A stretch of DNA of 64,000 nt from Anthoceros angustus (Eukaryota > Plantae > Anthocerotophyta): contig MU008201.1 of assembly GCA_010909165.1 (NCBI GenBank), positions 62,001 to 126,000 on the forward strand, written 5' to 3'. The notes beneath the pieces were generated by a model. It worked only from the letters and a program-made list of their open reading frames with translations, was not told the origin of the DNA and made no database searches. Of this stretch, positions 35,501 through 47,850 are shown in pieces; the first letter of the stretch is position 1, and the number at the start of each line of letters is the position of its first letter. Position numbers and translations under genes: made by a program.

Positions 35501-36543
35501 TATCCACACCTACTGGGCATGCAGCCTTACTTGCTCGGTCGTGGAGGGTCACTGAAAGTGTAAGTACTTCCTCTAGCTTGAGGAATGTCTTATTGCGTGT
35601 TCCTGCAGTGTGCACAGCTGTGTAGAAAGAGGCACAATTCATTGCAACGCTCCCACTGCCGTCCACCATTGCCATGTTGTTTGTCGTGGAGGCCAAAAGT
35701 TGGTATTCCAAGACGCGGGAGGCACGTGGTACGCGCAGTCCTCATACTCGGTACATATCGTCACGCGATCCATGACCTTCTTGGCACACCAACGTCAAAA
35801 CTTTTGGTCACCGGTTCGAATTATGCATATTGTCTGACCATAGCATGGTGATGGGCAAGGACATACAGAGGTACATGTCGTGGCCATGAAGGGCCGTGCG
35901 GACACACGTGCCGGCCTTAATGGCCATCGGGTATCCATTTGCAAGCTAGCACACGGCCATGTACGCCCTGTACAGACGTATCGAATGCCAGTGGGGTATA
36001 CACGACGGACGCGAGAACCGGATTTCCCGAGTGTAGTCTTGTTTTGAAGTGCCTTGAACATGGCCTGGAACAACAACAACATCGATCCCGACCTTGCCGC
36101 ATACTCGTAACCGCAGGAGCCCGCAACTTCAGCACACTCTTTAAACCTGGACGATCATGACCCACTACATTAATGTCACGCACAAGGGGTAAAATATCCA
36201 CAGAGAGGAAACTAGCTAGTCTGCGGCTGCCACGGATTCGGTTATCATTGGAGGTCCCTCGATATTGCCTCGCATACACATGGGCCCAGAATATTGAAAG
36301 GGGTGGAAGGATGAACTTAATGGGAAAAATAGTATTATAAGCTTCCAAGTGCGAAAAGACGGGGAGTGCGGGTAATAAGAACACAATGCACCCGCCCGGG
36401 AAGGAATAGTGTTATATACAGGTGTAACAAAGGCAAGCTTGTATGTCATGCCTATGCTCGACGCAAAAAATGTAACGTTCTTGTGGGCCGTAACAAAAAC
36501 TGTGTCAAAAACCCGTAACATGGACACCATGTTTCTACTAGTG
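32529..36543. mobile_element. CACTA (En/Spm) DNA transposon, non-autonomous
   Basis: Left end CACTAGTATAAACATGGTGTTCATATTA; reverse complement of the right end CACTAGTAGAAACATGGTGTCCATGTTA (25/28 identical). 3-bp TSD AAG at 32526-32528 and 36544-36546. Subterminal GTAAC/GTTAC motifs at both ends. Confidence 0.92.
33637..35206 (-). mobile_element. Internally deleted Ty1/Copia LTR retrotransposon
   Basis: LTRs 33637-33893 and 34946-35206 (TG...CA on the minus strand, about 10 differences). 5-bp TSD CAAGG at 33632-33636 and 35207-35211. PPT AAGTGGGAGGT lies before the 3' LTR. Internal remnants: LILYVDDML (RT) and NPMFHAKTKHVDVKYHFIRE (RNase H). Confidence 0.95.
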
Positions 36544-38768
36544 AAGCTAGGGACATGTTATCAGTGGATGCTCGGAAGGACTTCCCTCCTTTCTCGACAT
36601 TTATTACTGATGGTTTCGGGGGTTGCAAGCATCCCTCGGCTTACGCCGCCAGGCTTCCATCTCCTCAGACCCCTCCATCCCAGGTCCATAAGAGCGGCTC
36701 GCTCTTGTTTTGGAAAGGGTGCGTGCTTGGCTGTTGGCCCGCCTGCATACGGGTTTCACATCGCACCAACCACCTTCACCATCTGCGATGCGATTGGTCT
36801 TGGCCTCGCTCCAACCTATGGCTTCTTCGCCTTGCTTGCAGTGCGGCTCGCCTCGATGAGGGCGTGAGCCGCGACGTTGTCTCGTGTCCCACGGGTCATC
36901 GTGCCACTCACGCCATCCGCGATGTCATGTTCGCCATCGCTCGCTGTGGCGGCTACATGGCCCTGAGGGAGGCGGGTGTATACTCCGTCATGTGTCGTTC
37001 AATCGGTGACCCGCACCTTATCCATGGCAACGGTTTTGGCGGATGTGGTGGTTACCGATCCTACACGAGATACCATCTCCGCCAGTCATCACTAACTGTT
37101 GGGTTGCTCTGGGAACGGCTCTCAAGGTCCGCAGATATGGCGGGATGCAAGCGGGCCACCTCTTCATTCCGCTTGCACTAGAACGTATGGGGCAATGGTC
37201 GAGGACTTTGACAAATTTGTCAAGTCCTGTGCCAAAAGCTACCATCTTGGCGTAGACACAATGCGGGCTATCCTCTCGTACTTCACGATACTTCCGACAA
37301 CGGGTTTCAATTGCCCTTCAACGGGCGCTCTCAGCGATCCTCCACAAGGCGGCGAGGGTACGATCTTCCTCTACCTCCGTGGTTTGCGGGTCGCTTATTC
37401 TTCCCATATGACATTGTGGGTGCACTAGGTGACTTTAGGTAGGGAGCTCAGTTGCTCCTCTTCACCTCGACCCCGTCCCCTTTGGTTGTCCCTCCTAGAT
37501 GGGCTTTTCCCATCGCTTTTTCACCTCAATAAAATCTCCTCTTTCTTGGGAAAAATAGTATTATAAGCTTCCAGTGCGAAAAGGCGAGTGCGGGTAATAA
37601 GAACACAATGCACCCGAAGGAATAGTGTTATATACAGTGTAACAAAGGCAAGCTTGTATGTCATGCCTATGCTCGACGCAAAAATGTAACGTTCTTGTGG
37701 TAGTAATAAAAGCGTTAAAACCCGTAACATGGACACCATGTTTCTACTAGTGAAGCTAGGGACATGTTATCAGTGGATGCTCGGAAGGACTTCCCTCCTT
37801 TCTCGACATTTATTACTGATGGTTTCAGGGGGTTGCAAGCATCCCCGCTCGAGAAGCAGCTCGGCCAGGCTTTCCAGTCTGTCCTCCAGGACCCCTCCAT
37901 CCCCAGGTCCATAAGAGCGCGGCTCCGCTCTTGTTTTGGAAAGGGTGCAGGTGCTTGGCTATTGGCCCGCCCGTGCATACGGGGTTTTCACATCGCACCA
38001 ACCACCTTCACTACTGCGATGCGATTGGTCTTGGCCTCGCTCCAACCTATGGGCTCCTTGCTTGCAGTGCGGCTGCGCCTCGATGAGGCGAGCCGCAGTT
38101 GTGTCCCCGCGGGTCATCGTGTGCCACTCACACGCCATCCGCGATGTCATGTTCGCCATCGCTCCGGCCTAACGGAGGGAGGCGGGTGTATACTCCGTCA
38201 TGTGTCGCTCAATCGTGACCCGCACCTTATCCATGGCAACCAGGTTTCGGTGGCGGATGTGGTGGTTACCGATCCTACGAGATACCATCTCCGCCAGTCA
38301 TCACTAAAGGTTGGGGTCTCGGAGGCTCTCAAGGTCCGCAGATATGGCGGGATGCAAGCGGGCCACCTCTTCATTCCGCTTGCACTAGAACGTGTAGATG
38401 GTCGAGGACTTTGACAATTTGTCAAGTCCTGTGCCAAAAGCTACCATGCGCGTAGACACAATGCGGGGCTATCCCTCTCGTACTTCACAGCATACTTCCG
38501 ACAACGGGTTTCAATTGCCCTTCAACGGGCGCTCTCAGCGATCCTCCACAAGGCGGCGATGGGTGACTCTTCCTCTACCTCCGTGGTTTGCGGGTCGTTT
38601 ATTCTTCCTGCATATGACATTGTGGGTGCACTAGGTGACTTTAGGTAGGGAGCTCAGTTGCTCCTCTTCACCTCGACCCCCTGGTCCCCTTTGGTTGTCC
38701 CCTCCTAGATGGGCTTTTCCCATCGTTTTTTCACCTCAATAAAATCTCCTCTTTCTTGGGAAAAAAAA
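36322..38768 (+). repeat. ~1.23-kb tandem duplication covering the CACTA right end and the CRE 3' half
   Basis: Units ~36322-37550 and ~37551-38768. Second CACTA end at 37752 followed by AAG. The junction falls in shared TGGGAAAAA. Confidence 0.88.
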
Positions 38769-39278
38769 TATTCAATAAAAGAGTTGTCTGATTCTTTACA
38801 GTGGCTGATTTGGTGTAGGCATCTCTGTGATGAGTGGTCCAAGAGAACTCTTTGTAGTCAACTTTTGTTGTTTCCTTTGCTTTTTGATACATAGCTTTCT
38901 TATGGGTGGTTCAAGAGAACTGTTTGTAGTCAACTTTTGTTGTTTTCATTACTTTTGATATATAGCTTTGATGGTTGTTCGACTGTAGTTTATCGTTTGT
39001 CATATTGAACCTAGCTTACAGTCTTCACAGCCCAAGCAACGGGAACCGCAGAAAACTGAAGGTACCGATTACCAGAAATAATTATGATGAGATAATGGCA
39101 GCTAACTAGGTAGATGATTAGGATAATAGTGGTTAAATAGATCATTGACGGAAAATAAGGTAAGTAGCAGATAATTAGAATAACGCCCAATAAACTAGGA
39201 TAAATGCTGTAAACTCGAGTCTCCCAACTAACTCGAGTAAAACCGGAGAGCCTAACGTTTAGCCTAGAAGACCAAGAA

Positions 39279-39590
39279 CAAGGAGGTTAAACTAGTATGC
39301 GTGGCCTTCTTGGCTTGTCATATGACTACGTATAAGTACGCAACCCAATACACTAAAAAAATGCCCAATATACTAAAAAAATATGCAACACACTAAAAAA
39401 ATGTCCACATAGAGCTTCTCTCTCACACCACGATCAAGGAGGTTAAACTAGTATGCGTGGCCTTCTTGGCTTGTCATATGACTACGTATAAGTACGCAAC
39501 CCAATACACTAAAAAAATGCCCAATATACTAAAAAAATATGCAACACACTAAAAAAATGTCCACATAGAGCTTCTCTCTCACACCACGAT
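39279..39590. repeat. Perfect 156-bp tandem duplication
   Basis: CAAGGAGGTTAAACTAG...CACACCACGAT at 39279 and 39435. Confidence 0.92.
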
Positions 39591-40079
39591 CGCCAGCTGG
39601 AGATGGTCAAAACATCGATTTGTAGGATCGAAACCCAGGTGGGAGAGGACCAGGCCCGACCAGAGAGGCATTTGGAGGGTGTGGTCCAGGCGCTGGAGTA
39701 GTCATCACCCCCAGGCGCTCACCAATCCTCACCACCCCTGACGACTTCTAGGCCAGCTCAATCTGCGAAACGCACGCAACACTCAACACCTTTTACTACG
39801 GGAATGCCTTTGATACATGAGCCTATCAGTAGAAGAAGGGAGAGGCACCTACCACCAATGGCCAACGACTGTGAGCTGAGTATTAAGGATGAAGAGCTGA
39901 AGAAGCTAGCAATCGAACTCATGCCTGGCGAAAGAACAACAAAGAAATAAAGGCCATGGTCAAGCGATTGCAACTCATGCGTTATGAACATTGGGAGAAC
40001 CTGATAGGGAGGCTCTGTCCGACATACCTGAAGAGGAGGAATAGCATTTCAAGCCAAAATCACAGCTAGACAAGGAGCT

Positions 40080-40445
40080 TCAGCGCAAGATCAAAACCAC
40101 GACGTTTGATAGAAGTGCGAAAGAGGCCCAACCCATCCACGACTGGTAAGATAAAATGGATAAGTATTTGGCTGCTAGTGAGAAAGATGGCCTACAGAAA
40201 ATCCAGTTTGGTGTCATGTCCTTAAAAGGATTTGCTTACTGCCGGTAGCGTCAAAGGGAGAGGCAAGTTGACCTGGGTATGGAGTCGTCCATTTATTCCT
40301 AGTTAGCCTTTAGGCAGGTCTTCTTAGAGCAGTTCCTACCTGTCAACCATAGGAAAGATTTCTATCATCAGTTTAGGAAAATCTACCAACAAAGATCAGT
40401 CCAGGAATACTGTGATAAATTCCTACAACTCACACTAGACATGCC
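40080..40445 (+). mobile_element. Ty3/Gypsy gag remnant
   Basis: Stop-interrupted frame DW*DKMDKYL...AFRQVFLEQFLPVNHRKDFYHQFRKIYQQRSVQEYCDKFLQLTLDMP fits the Retrotrans_gag pattern (F..+F+P....L+Q..SV.EY..+F). Confidence 0.65.
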
Positions 40446-41586
40446 TAGACTAGAATGTAAAATGCGTTATAAAACAGCTCCGATTCTTGAAGTGCCCACT
40501 CCCCAGCCTCCCTCTCGCCCCTCTCATCTCCTTGCTAATTTGAAGTAGTTTGAAATTTGGGTTTAAAGGCAAAGCCGCACGGGTGCAAGAGAGGCGCTCT
40601 TCGTTGGGTTTTTCTCCTTGTTTTTGGGGTGGATGGATTTTTTCCATCTTTTTTTATAATAAAGTCTCCTAATCCTCCCAAGAGAGGCGCACGGTAAGGC
40701 ATCCTATGATACGACCATATGATCTGAATGGTAGGCGGATTGATATCGTATACAACTTAGTGCATATCAGGAGGGTATCGGGAAGCCAAATGGCTTAGGC
40801 CAAATGGACACACATTTATAAGAACGCCGTGATTAAGCATCGTGAGCTTAGATCGGTACTTTAGGGGCAGGCCCTTGTTGCAAGTAGGTTAGACACACCA
40901 TGGTACAAGTTGTTAAGTACCAAGTCCCATGACGGAAATCCGTTCTTAGTGGAGATCATCACACAAAGATTTATCGCTTCGGACATTGAGACGCAGGCTA
41001 GTCTTATCATCCTGGACATCGACACCTAATAGCGAACAACGGTGACTCGTACGATCGAAAGTGCCACATCATCATCCGTCGGGACACCGGATGGACGGAC
41101 AGGGACTTTGATTTATCAGGCGGTAAAGTCATACCTAATTTACATCAGGTGCAAACTGGACGAGGTACCATCTTTAACCTTGGGGTGCCGCTGGAAGGCG
41201 GACAGCAATTCTATTTTTTGGTACGAACAAGAGTATTTTTGTCCGCGCTCAAGGACCTCCCCTCAAGGCGATTGCGAGTATCACCGCCCGTGGTTGCAGT
41301 CGTGACGGCCATCAGCTATGGCGGAAGCGGGATCCTCAGGGAGCTTGTCAGTACTGGATCAGGCTATTGCGTTCGAAGCTCTGGAACGGGAGATTGATGC
41401 TCAGAGGCTGGTCGCGAAGGTGCCTGCTCAGCTCCGTGCGCACGTCTTGTTGTGTTTTCTTTGCTGTCGAGTTGTGGGAGGAACAAGCATTTTCCAATGT
41501 AGCCATGCGCAATTCCGGCTGCAGCTGCATTCCACATTTTGTTAGGGCACAGTGTGTGAGTAATCCGGATGTCTGTCATGGTTACA

Positions 41587-43911
41587 ATGGTGCAGGAGGG
41601 TAAGTTGGACTTGGCAATAGAGGCACTGTTGAACTTGGAGAAGCAGTTCCGATTGGCAGCGGATGTTACCGGAACTCGGAAAGTTGCTGTTTCCATCTTG
41701 CAATTGGCTCGTGAAGCTGGGGCATGGAAGACCTTGAATGATCAAATCATGGTGCTTTCCAAACGGCGGGCTCAACTCAAGCAGGTGTAGTCACTCTGCC
41801 GGTGGAATACGTCTGTCGATCCTCTGTTCGGTGACGTTCCTTTTTAGGGCACGCAGGTGTAAGGGGGTTAGAATCTCCCTGTGGATCATGGTCGTGTAGG
41901 GTTTGCTGAGACGTGCGTGGGTTGATTTTTTGCAGACAGTCAAAGCGATGGTACAGCAAGCCATGCCCTACATTGATGAAGCTCCTGATGTCGATACCAG
42001 GGTGGAACTTATTAAGACGCTCAACAGTGTTTCCGCTGGAAAGGTGTGGAGTTGCAGTGTAGTACCCTTTATTCTGTTTGGCCTTGTCCTCTATTATTTT
42101 GGTTTCGGCCTGACACTGTTTATGGAGCAGATCTATGTCGAGCTGGAAAGAGCGCGCCTTATCAAGAAGCTGGCAAAAATTAAAGAGGAGCAAGGCCTTG
42201 TGGCCGAGGCTGCTGATTTGATGCAAGAAGTTGCTGTAAGAGTTCTCTTTGAAGTTCTGCATGCGTTTGCGTTTGTCAGGGCATTGCAATGTGCCTCCCC
42301 AGCCAATTGCTCTCTTACTAGTGTTGGGCTCCAGGTGGAAACCTTTGGTGCTATGTCCAAGACCGAGAAAATTGCCTTCATCCTTGAGCAGGTACCACAT
42401 TTCAGCATATGAAGCTGGAGAATGTGACTTTCAGTGCTTGTATCTAGCGCAAGCTGCCACATGGGCTTGTTTTTGTTGCTTGTTTACCTGTGATGGACTG
42501 CCCGTTTTAGTTGCTCTTACTGCTTGCATTACCTTTCGTGCTAACCTGTTTATACATTTCTTTTAGGTGCGACTGTGTCTGGATAGAAAGGACTACATGC
42601 GGGCACAGATCCTGTCCAGGAAGATTAGCCCAAGAACATTTGTGGTTGATACAGCCAAGGAGAAAAAGAAACCAAAGGAGGGCGACAACGTGGTGGAAGC
42701 TCCACCTCCTGAGATTCCCTCGCTTCTTGAGTTGAAGCGCACATACTATGAGCTTATGATCAGGTGATATCAGCATTCAGCTGTCATTGCTGACTCGTTT
42801 TTTAACTGCACCCCCTCTGTTCTGACAAGCTTCTGTATTGCTTTGAGCTTCAGGTACTATTCTCACACAAATGATTACTTGGAGATATGTCGGAGCTATC
42901 AGGCGATCTATGACACACCTGCAGTTCAGGAAGATCTGTCGCAATGGATCCCAGTGAGTTTGTCCTTGGCAGGTTCCAATTGTTTATTGCTTCATGTGAA
43001 GGGGGCCCGGTGATGAAAGTTTCCTTTTGCAGGTTTTGAGGAAAATTTGTTGGTATCTTAGCCTGGCACCACATGACCCAATGCAATCTAGCCTCATGCA
43101 CGCCACGTTGGAGGATAAAAGGCTTTCAGAACTCCCTAAATTCCGGTGCGGAGTCTGCACTACTGTCAGTGTAGTTCTGTGTTTTTGCTTTTGTTTGAGG
43201 TTTGGCTCGGATGGGTGTCTAAGAATATAATATGGTACCTTTTGTTTCAGGGCCTTATTGAAGCACTTCGTGACAATGGAAGTGATCATATGGGTCGGCT
43301 TTTGGGAAGAGTACCGGAGTGAGTTTGAGCAGGAAAACAGCTTGCCTGGGGGTGGGCTGGGGGACAAAGCTGCTGAGGACTTGAGACAACGAGTCATTGA
43401 GCATGTAAGTAGAACGGAGTTGGTATTGCAAGTGTAGTACCCTTACGCATCCTGTGCTCATTTTCTCAAGTTTTCTTTGCATGCATTTTTTGTCTCAATT
43501 TTTGGATTGGTGATTGTGGCCAGAATATTCTTGTGGTGTCCAAATACTATTCAAGGATAAGCTTAAAGCGGTTGTCAGAACTTCTCAGCCTTACCATTTC
43601 GGTGAGCTTGTCTTCTTTCTCGCACTTGAAATAGCCACCGTAGCTTATCTTATGCTGTGCTGAAAACAAAAACCGTTTTTGTCGTGCAGGAGACAGAAAA
43701 ACATCTTTCAGAGATGGTGGTGTCCAAGGCCCTGGTTGCCAAGGTCGACAGGCCCGCGGGGATTGTTTCCTTCCGGAGCAAGCAGGATAGTGGGGAAGTC
43801 TTGAATACCTGGGCAGTCAACATAGAGAAGTTGTTAGACCTCGTCGAGAAGAGCTGTCATCAGATCCACAAGGAAACAATGGTCCATAAAGTTAGTCTCA
43901 AAGTGCAATAG
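41587..43911 (+). CDS. RPN5: 26S proteasome lid subunit RPN5 (PSMD12), multi-exon
   Basis: [62 protein letters not shown] and [15 protein letters not shown], split by short GT-AG introns. Confidence 0.96.
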
Positions 43912-44188
43912 AGGACTGCGATCAGCAATAAACCAATTTTGTTCTTGTACCGGTGGTCCCTCACTGAACAGCTTGCAGTCCATTTCCGTCCAAAGAAGGC
44001 TCCGCTCCTGTGTTGGTGGCCTTCTCAGTGCCTGCCTAGTGGCACGGAATATGTCTGTGTTACCTCTTCGAAGATACTGGTCGTCCACCAGTATCTGTCT
44101 CTAGTTTTTTTGGGGTATATATGTCTGGTCTCCTAAATTGTAAATGGGAGCTCTACCGAGGTTGACATCGTCCGGAACGCGGCCAACA

Positions 44189-47100
44189 ATGAAGACCCAG
44201 CTCCTGGTCTTGTACATCCTCCTGTGTGCGTCGGTTTCACGCAGCACCGCTGCTCCCAAAAATCTGGTGGTGGACACAGACATCGATACGGATGATGTCT
44301 TCGCTCTTCTTTTCATCCTGAAACAGAACCGTTCAGAAATCAATCTGAAGGTGACAGACAAAGTGCTGAACCAATCACGTCCAGGGGATCGTGCATTCCA
44401 GAATTTCAGGCACAGTGTTTAGCTGACGTTTGCTCGGAATGTGCAGGCCGTAACCATCAACTCCAACAGCTGGGCAAATGCTGCAGCCGCGGCCAACACT
44501 GTGTACAATGTTCTGTACATGCTAGGTCGGGAGGATGTTGCTGTGGGCGTTGGTGGTGAAGGCGGGATCCTGCGAGATGGAACGATTCAGCCTGACGTTG
44601 GTGGCTACTTGCCGATCATTGATCAAGTGGGGAATGCACCCTCAGATCGGAGTATTTTCTTCTGTGGAGAAAACGATGGCGTCGTAGCTAATGTTCCTTC
44701 GGCACTGACGCTGATCACAGGGAGAAACAACCGCTGGGGGCTGCCGTTACAGACAGACTGTGCCTCCTGGGGCAGGAGGAAGGCTGGATATCGACACCAA
44801 CTATGGGCTTCGAAGACAGTTCCTGCCGCAGGTAACTTTCGAAGAGGAGGATTGTTGAGCCTCAGCACATGGAGTGTGGAGGAACAGCTCTGTTGCTGAT
44901 GGATGCTGCATGGTGAGTGAGACCAGTCCAGGAGAAGGTGGTACAGGCCAGGGGAGCAGCCTACTGCACAGCAGGTGCTCCTCAGTGCTTTGTCGTCCGG
45001 CACCAACACTCTCTTGGCTCTGGGAGGACATACCAACATCGCCACACTATTTCAGACTCACCCTGAAGTGAAGGAGCACATCGACCACATCTATGTCATG
45101 GGAGGTGGAGTGGAAAGCTCGAATCCCGCTGGATGTTGCCCTGCCAATGACACCACGTGCGTCCCTAGCCCTCAATGTGGCACTGTGGGAAACCTGTTCG
45201 ATACCGTGGATACCAACCCTTTCTCGGAGTTCAACATGTTCATGGACCCTTTTGCTGCCTATCAGGTCAGTTTCCACTTTTGCAAGCCATGCAGCAGTCA
45301 CCCCGCCACTTTTTTAAGGGACAACTCGCCTGGTTGATCAGGTTTTCCACTCTGGACTCCCGCTCACATTGGTGGCTCTTGATGCTACCAACACCATCCC
45401 CTTATCCGAGCAATTCTTTGACGTATTTGGAAGAAGCGAAAACCAGCGGACGTTTGAGGCGCAGTACTGCTTCCAGACTCTGAAGGTTCTCCGTGACACT
45501 TGGTTCGACGACACATTCTACAGTGTGAGCAGTGACCCTGTCGTTTCTCTGTCCGTTCTTCTTTTCCAGGCAATTGTTTCTTCTAACATGGGTGTCGGGG
45601 ATGTGTCGCAGAGCTTGTTCGTATGGGATTCCTTTGCCTCTGGAGTCACCATCTCAGGCATAAGAAACAACCATGACTATACCAAAAATGAGTTTGCAGA
45701 AATTGTCCCCAAGAAGGTGACTGTGGTCACATCCAACAAACCTTATGATGCACATGATGGCTCCAACCCGTTCTTCGTTGGGCGAAGAGCTCCTCCGTTT
45801 AATATCAAAGACGGCGGGATCCATAGTGGCCACGTCCAGACAGGGATGCAAGACCCTTTCTGTCTAGCAAATTCAACCAGCGGCAGGGGTGTCTGTCAGG
45901 TGCTGCCTGTCTGCTCCCTTTCCTGAAAACCCTTTGAAACGGAATGGCATTGAGGGATTCATTTAACTCTGTGGGTTCACAGGATGGATACACCAAGGAA
46001 ACCGATGGTCCAGACGGTGTAAACGTTTTCCTGGCTACCCGTGCCAAGCCGAACCAGGATCCTCCAAGTCCTCTAAATCGGGAGTTCTACCGAGTGTACA
46101 TCGCTGTGAGTCTTCTCACTGTTGGTTGATCCTTGTTGAGTCAGCAGCATCACGGGCGAAGCAATAATTTGTACTCTTCATTTGCAGGCGTTAAACGATC
46201 CCCACCAAACAGCTGCTTTCAATTTCCAGACAGAGTTCAAGCACAAGAAGAATGTGTTGTACTCACCCAATCTGAAGGGCTTGAAATTGGGCAGAACAGT
46301 TATCTTTGACATGGATATGAGTCCTGGGGACTTCATCACACTCTTCTACCTCCTCAAGACGCCCGTGGAGAGTCTAAACCTCAAGGTAAGATGACTCGGT
46401 TAAGACCTTTAAGTTAGCTGCAAGTGTGAGGACGCAGGCTTCAGGTCACCAGCTTATCTGTTCTGCTTGGCAGGCTGTTACCACGGTGGGGAATGGGTGG
46501 GCAAACCCGGCTACTATTGACCTCATTTACGATGTCTTGCACATGATGGGCCGAGATGACGTTGCCGTCGGGGCAGGAGCATTCTTTGCTCTCAACCAGT
46601 CTTATCCTCCCTTCAATGCTGAGGGCGATTGCAAGTATCACAAGGCCATCCCTAACGGAGGTGGTGGTCTCATTGATTGTGATTCTCTGTTCGGGCTCAA
46701 TTACCAACTGCCTCGAAGTTCTCGAATGTAAGAAGTCCTCGCACTCACCTACCTTCATCTTGCAAGCCTTGCTGGCATGGGGAGTCTGATTCATCTGGAT
46801 GGCCGCACAGGTACACTGCACAGAATTCTGTCAAGTTTGGTGCACCCAGGAACACCGAATTCCCAGAACTTAGGCAGCGGCTGGCAGGTGAAGTTTTAGC
46901 TGAGGTCTTCAGGGATTCCTCCAAGGTGACCATTGTGACAGGAGGTCCCCTCACAAACATCGCCACCTTTCTTCAGTCAAATGTCAGCTACAAGTATCAG
47001 ATTGAGGTACACATGACAAGAACGTGCCATGTGCGTTACAGTGGCCGGAGCTATTCTGCTTCACTTTGTGTTGTCAACTTTTGCAGGAAATCTACACCAC

Positions 47101-47850
47101 GGGTGGCTCCATCAACAGGAAGGGAAACGTTTTTACCATACCCGAAAACCGTGTCTCAGAATTCAACTTCTTCCTGGACCCGATTGCGGCGCAGTACGTG
47201 ATTGAGTCAGCCGGGATAGAGAACTTGACTCTGATACCCTTGGATACTTCTTCAAGGGTGCCGCTCACTGCCACATTTGTCCACAAGTTGAATCAGCAGG
47301 CAAAGACAGCAGAGGCGAAATTTGTAGGCAAACTCCTCGCCACCATCTACCGGCTGCGGGGCTCAGGAAAAGCATACCACTTTCAGGTAAAGGTTCTACA
47401 AACCCTTCAAGCCTCCCATCCTAAAGCAACTTGTAAGCTCTTCGCGACTCCCAGCTGCGCATGACGTGTCCCACAACGCCCTCTCCAGTCACGAAATGTG
47501 TTGGGGGAGGTGCTGGCGGCATCGATCTTAACAGATCCGTCCCTGGTCAAGACGTGGGAGAAGGCAACCATTTCAGTAACATCAACAGGAGACATCGCAG
47601 TGGACGGACGGACCCAGCTTGCACCAACCCCTGGCTCGCAGCTGCAGTTGAGGTAACGTCTAGCCATATCCCGCCGGTACAGCAGTTTCCCGAATTTCCG
47701 CTCTGAACTGTCAGTACTCTCTGTGCCTGCAGGTACGTCAGGGAGGTTGTCAGAGAGACGTTCCAGGAGAGGCTACTGGCCCAGCTCAACGAGCCCAAGC
47801 AAACAGCAGTGGTGGCCAGCTTCGACGAACAGATCAAACAATGGAGCTGA
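44189..47850 (+). CDS. NSH3: Secreted two-domain inosine-uridine-preferring nucleoside hydrolase (NSH3-like, apoplastic), multi-exon
   Basis: Signal peptide [17 protein letters not shown]. Domain 1 [14 protein letters not shown] and [16 protein letters not shown]; domain 2 [12 protein letters not shown] and [12 protein letters not shown]. Ends [11 protein letters not shown]. Confidence 0.9.

Larger units (their letters stand above)
31871..38764 (+). mobile_element. 5'-truncated CRE-type non-LTR retrotransposon (RT plus C-terminal restriction-like endonuclease), interrupted by a CACTA insertion
   Basis: RT motifs SATGTRQGDPLGGALF and FPSLADDSHILGP (~32010-32160). The reading frame LKQ|ARDMLS joins across the CACTA. 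ARLRSCFGKGAGAWLLARP, a Cys/His knuckle remnant (..SCPTGHRATHAIRD) and ADVVVTDPT follow. AATAAA plus an A tail at 38738-38768. 26-bp TSD AAAATATTCAAT(G/A)AAAGAGTTGTCTG at 31845-31870 and 38765-38790. Confidence 0.85.
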
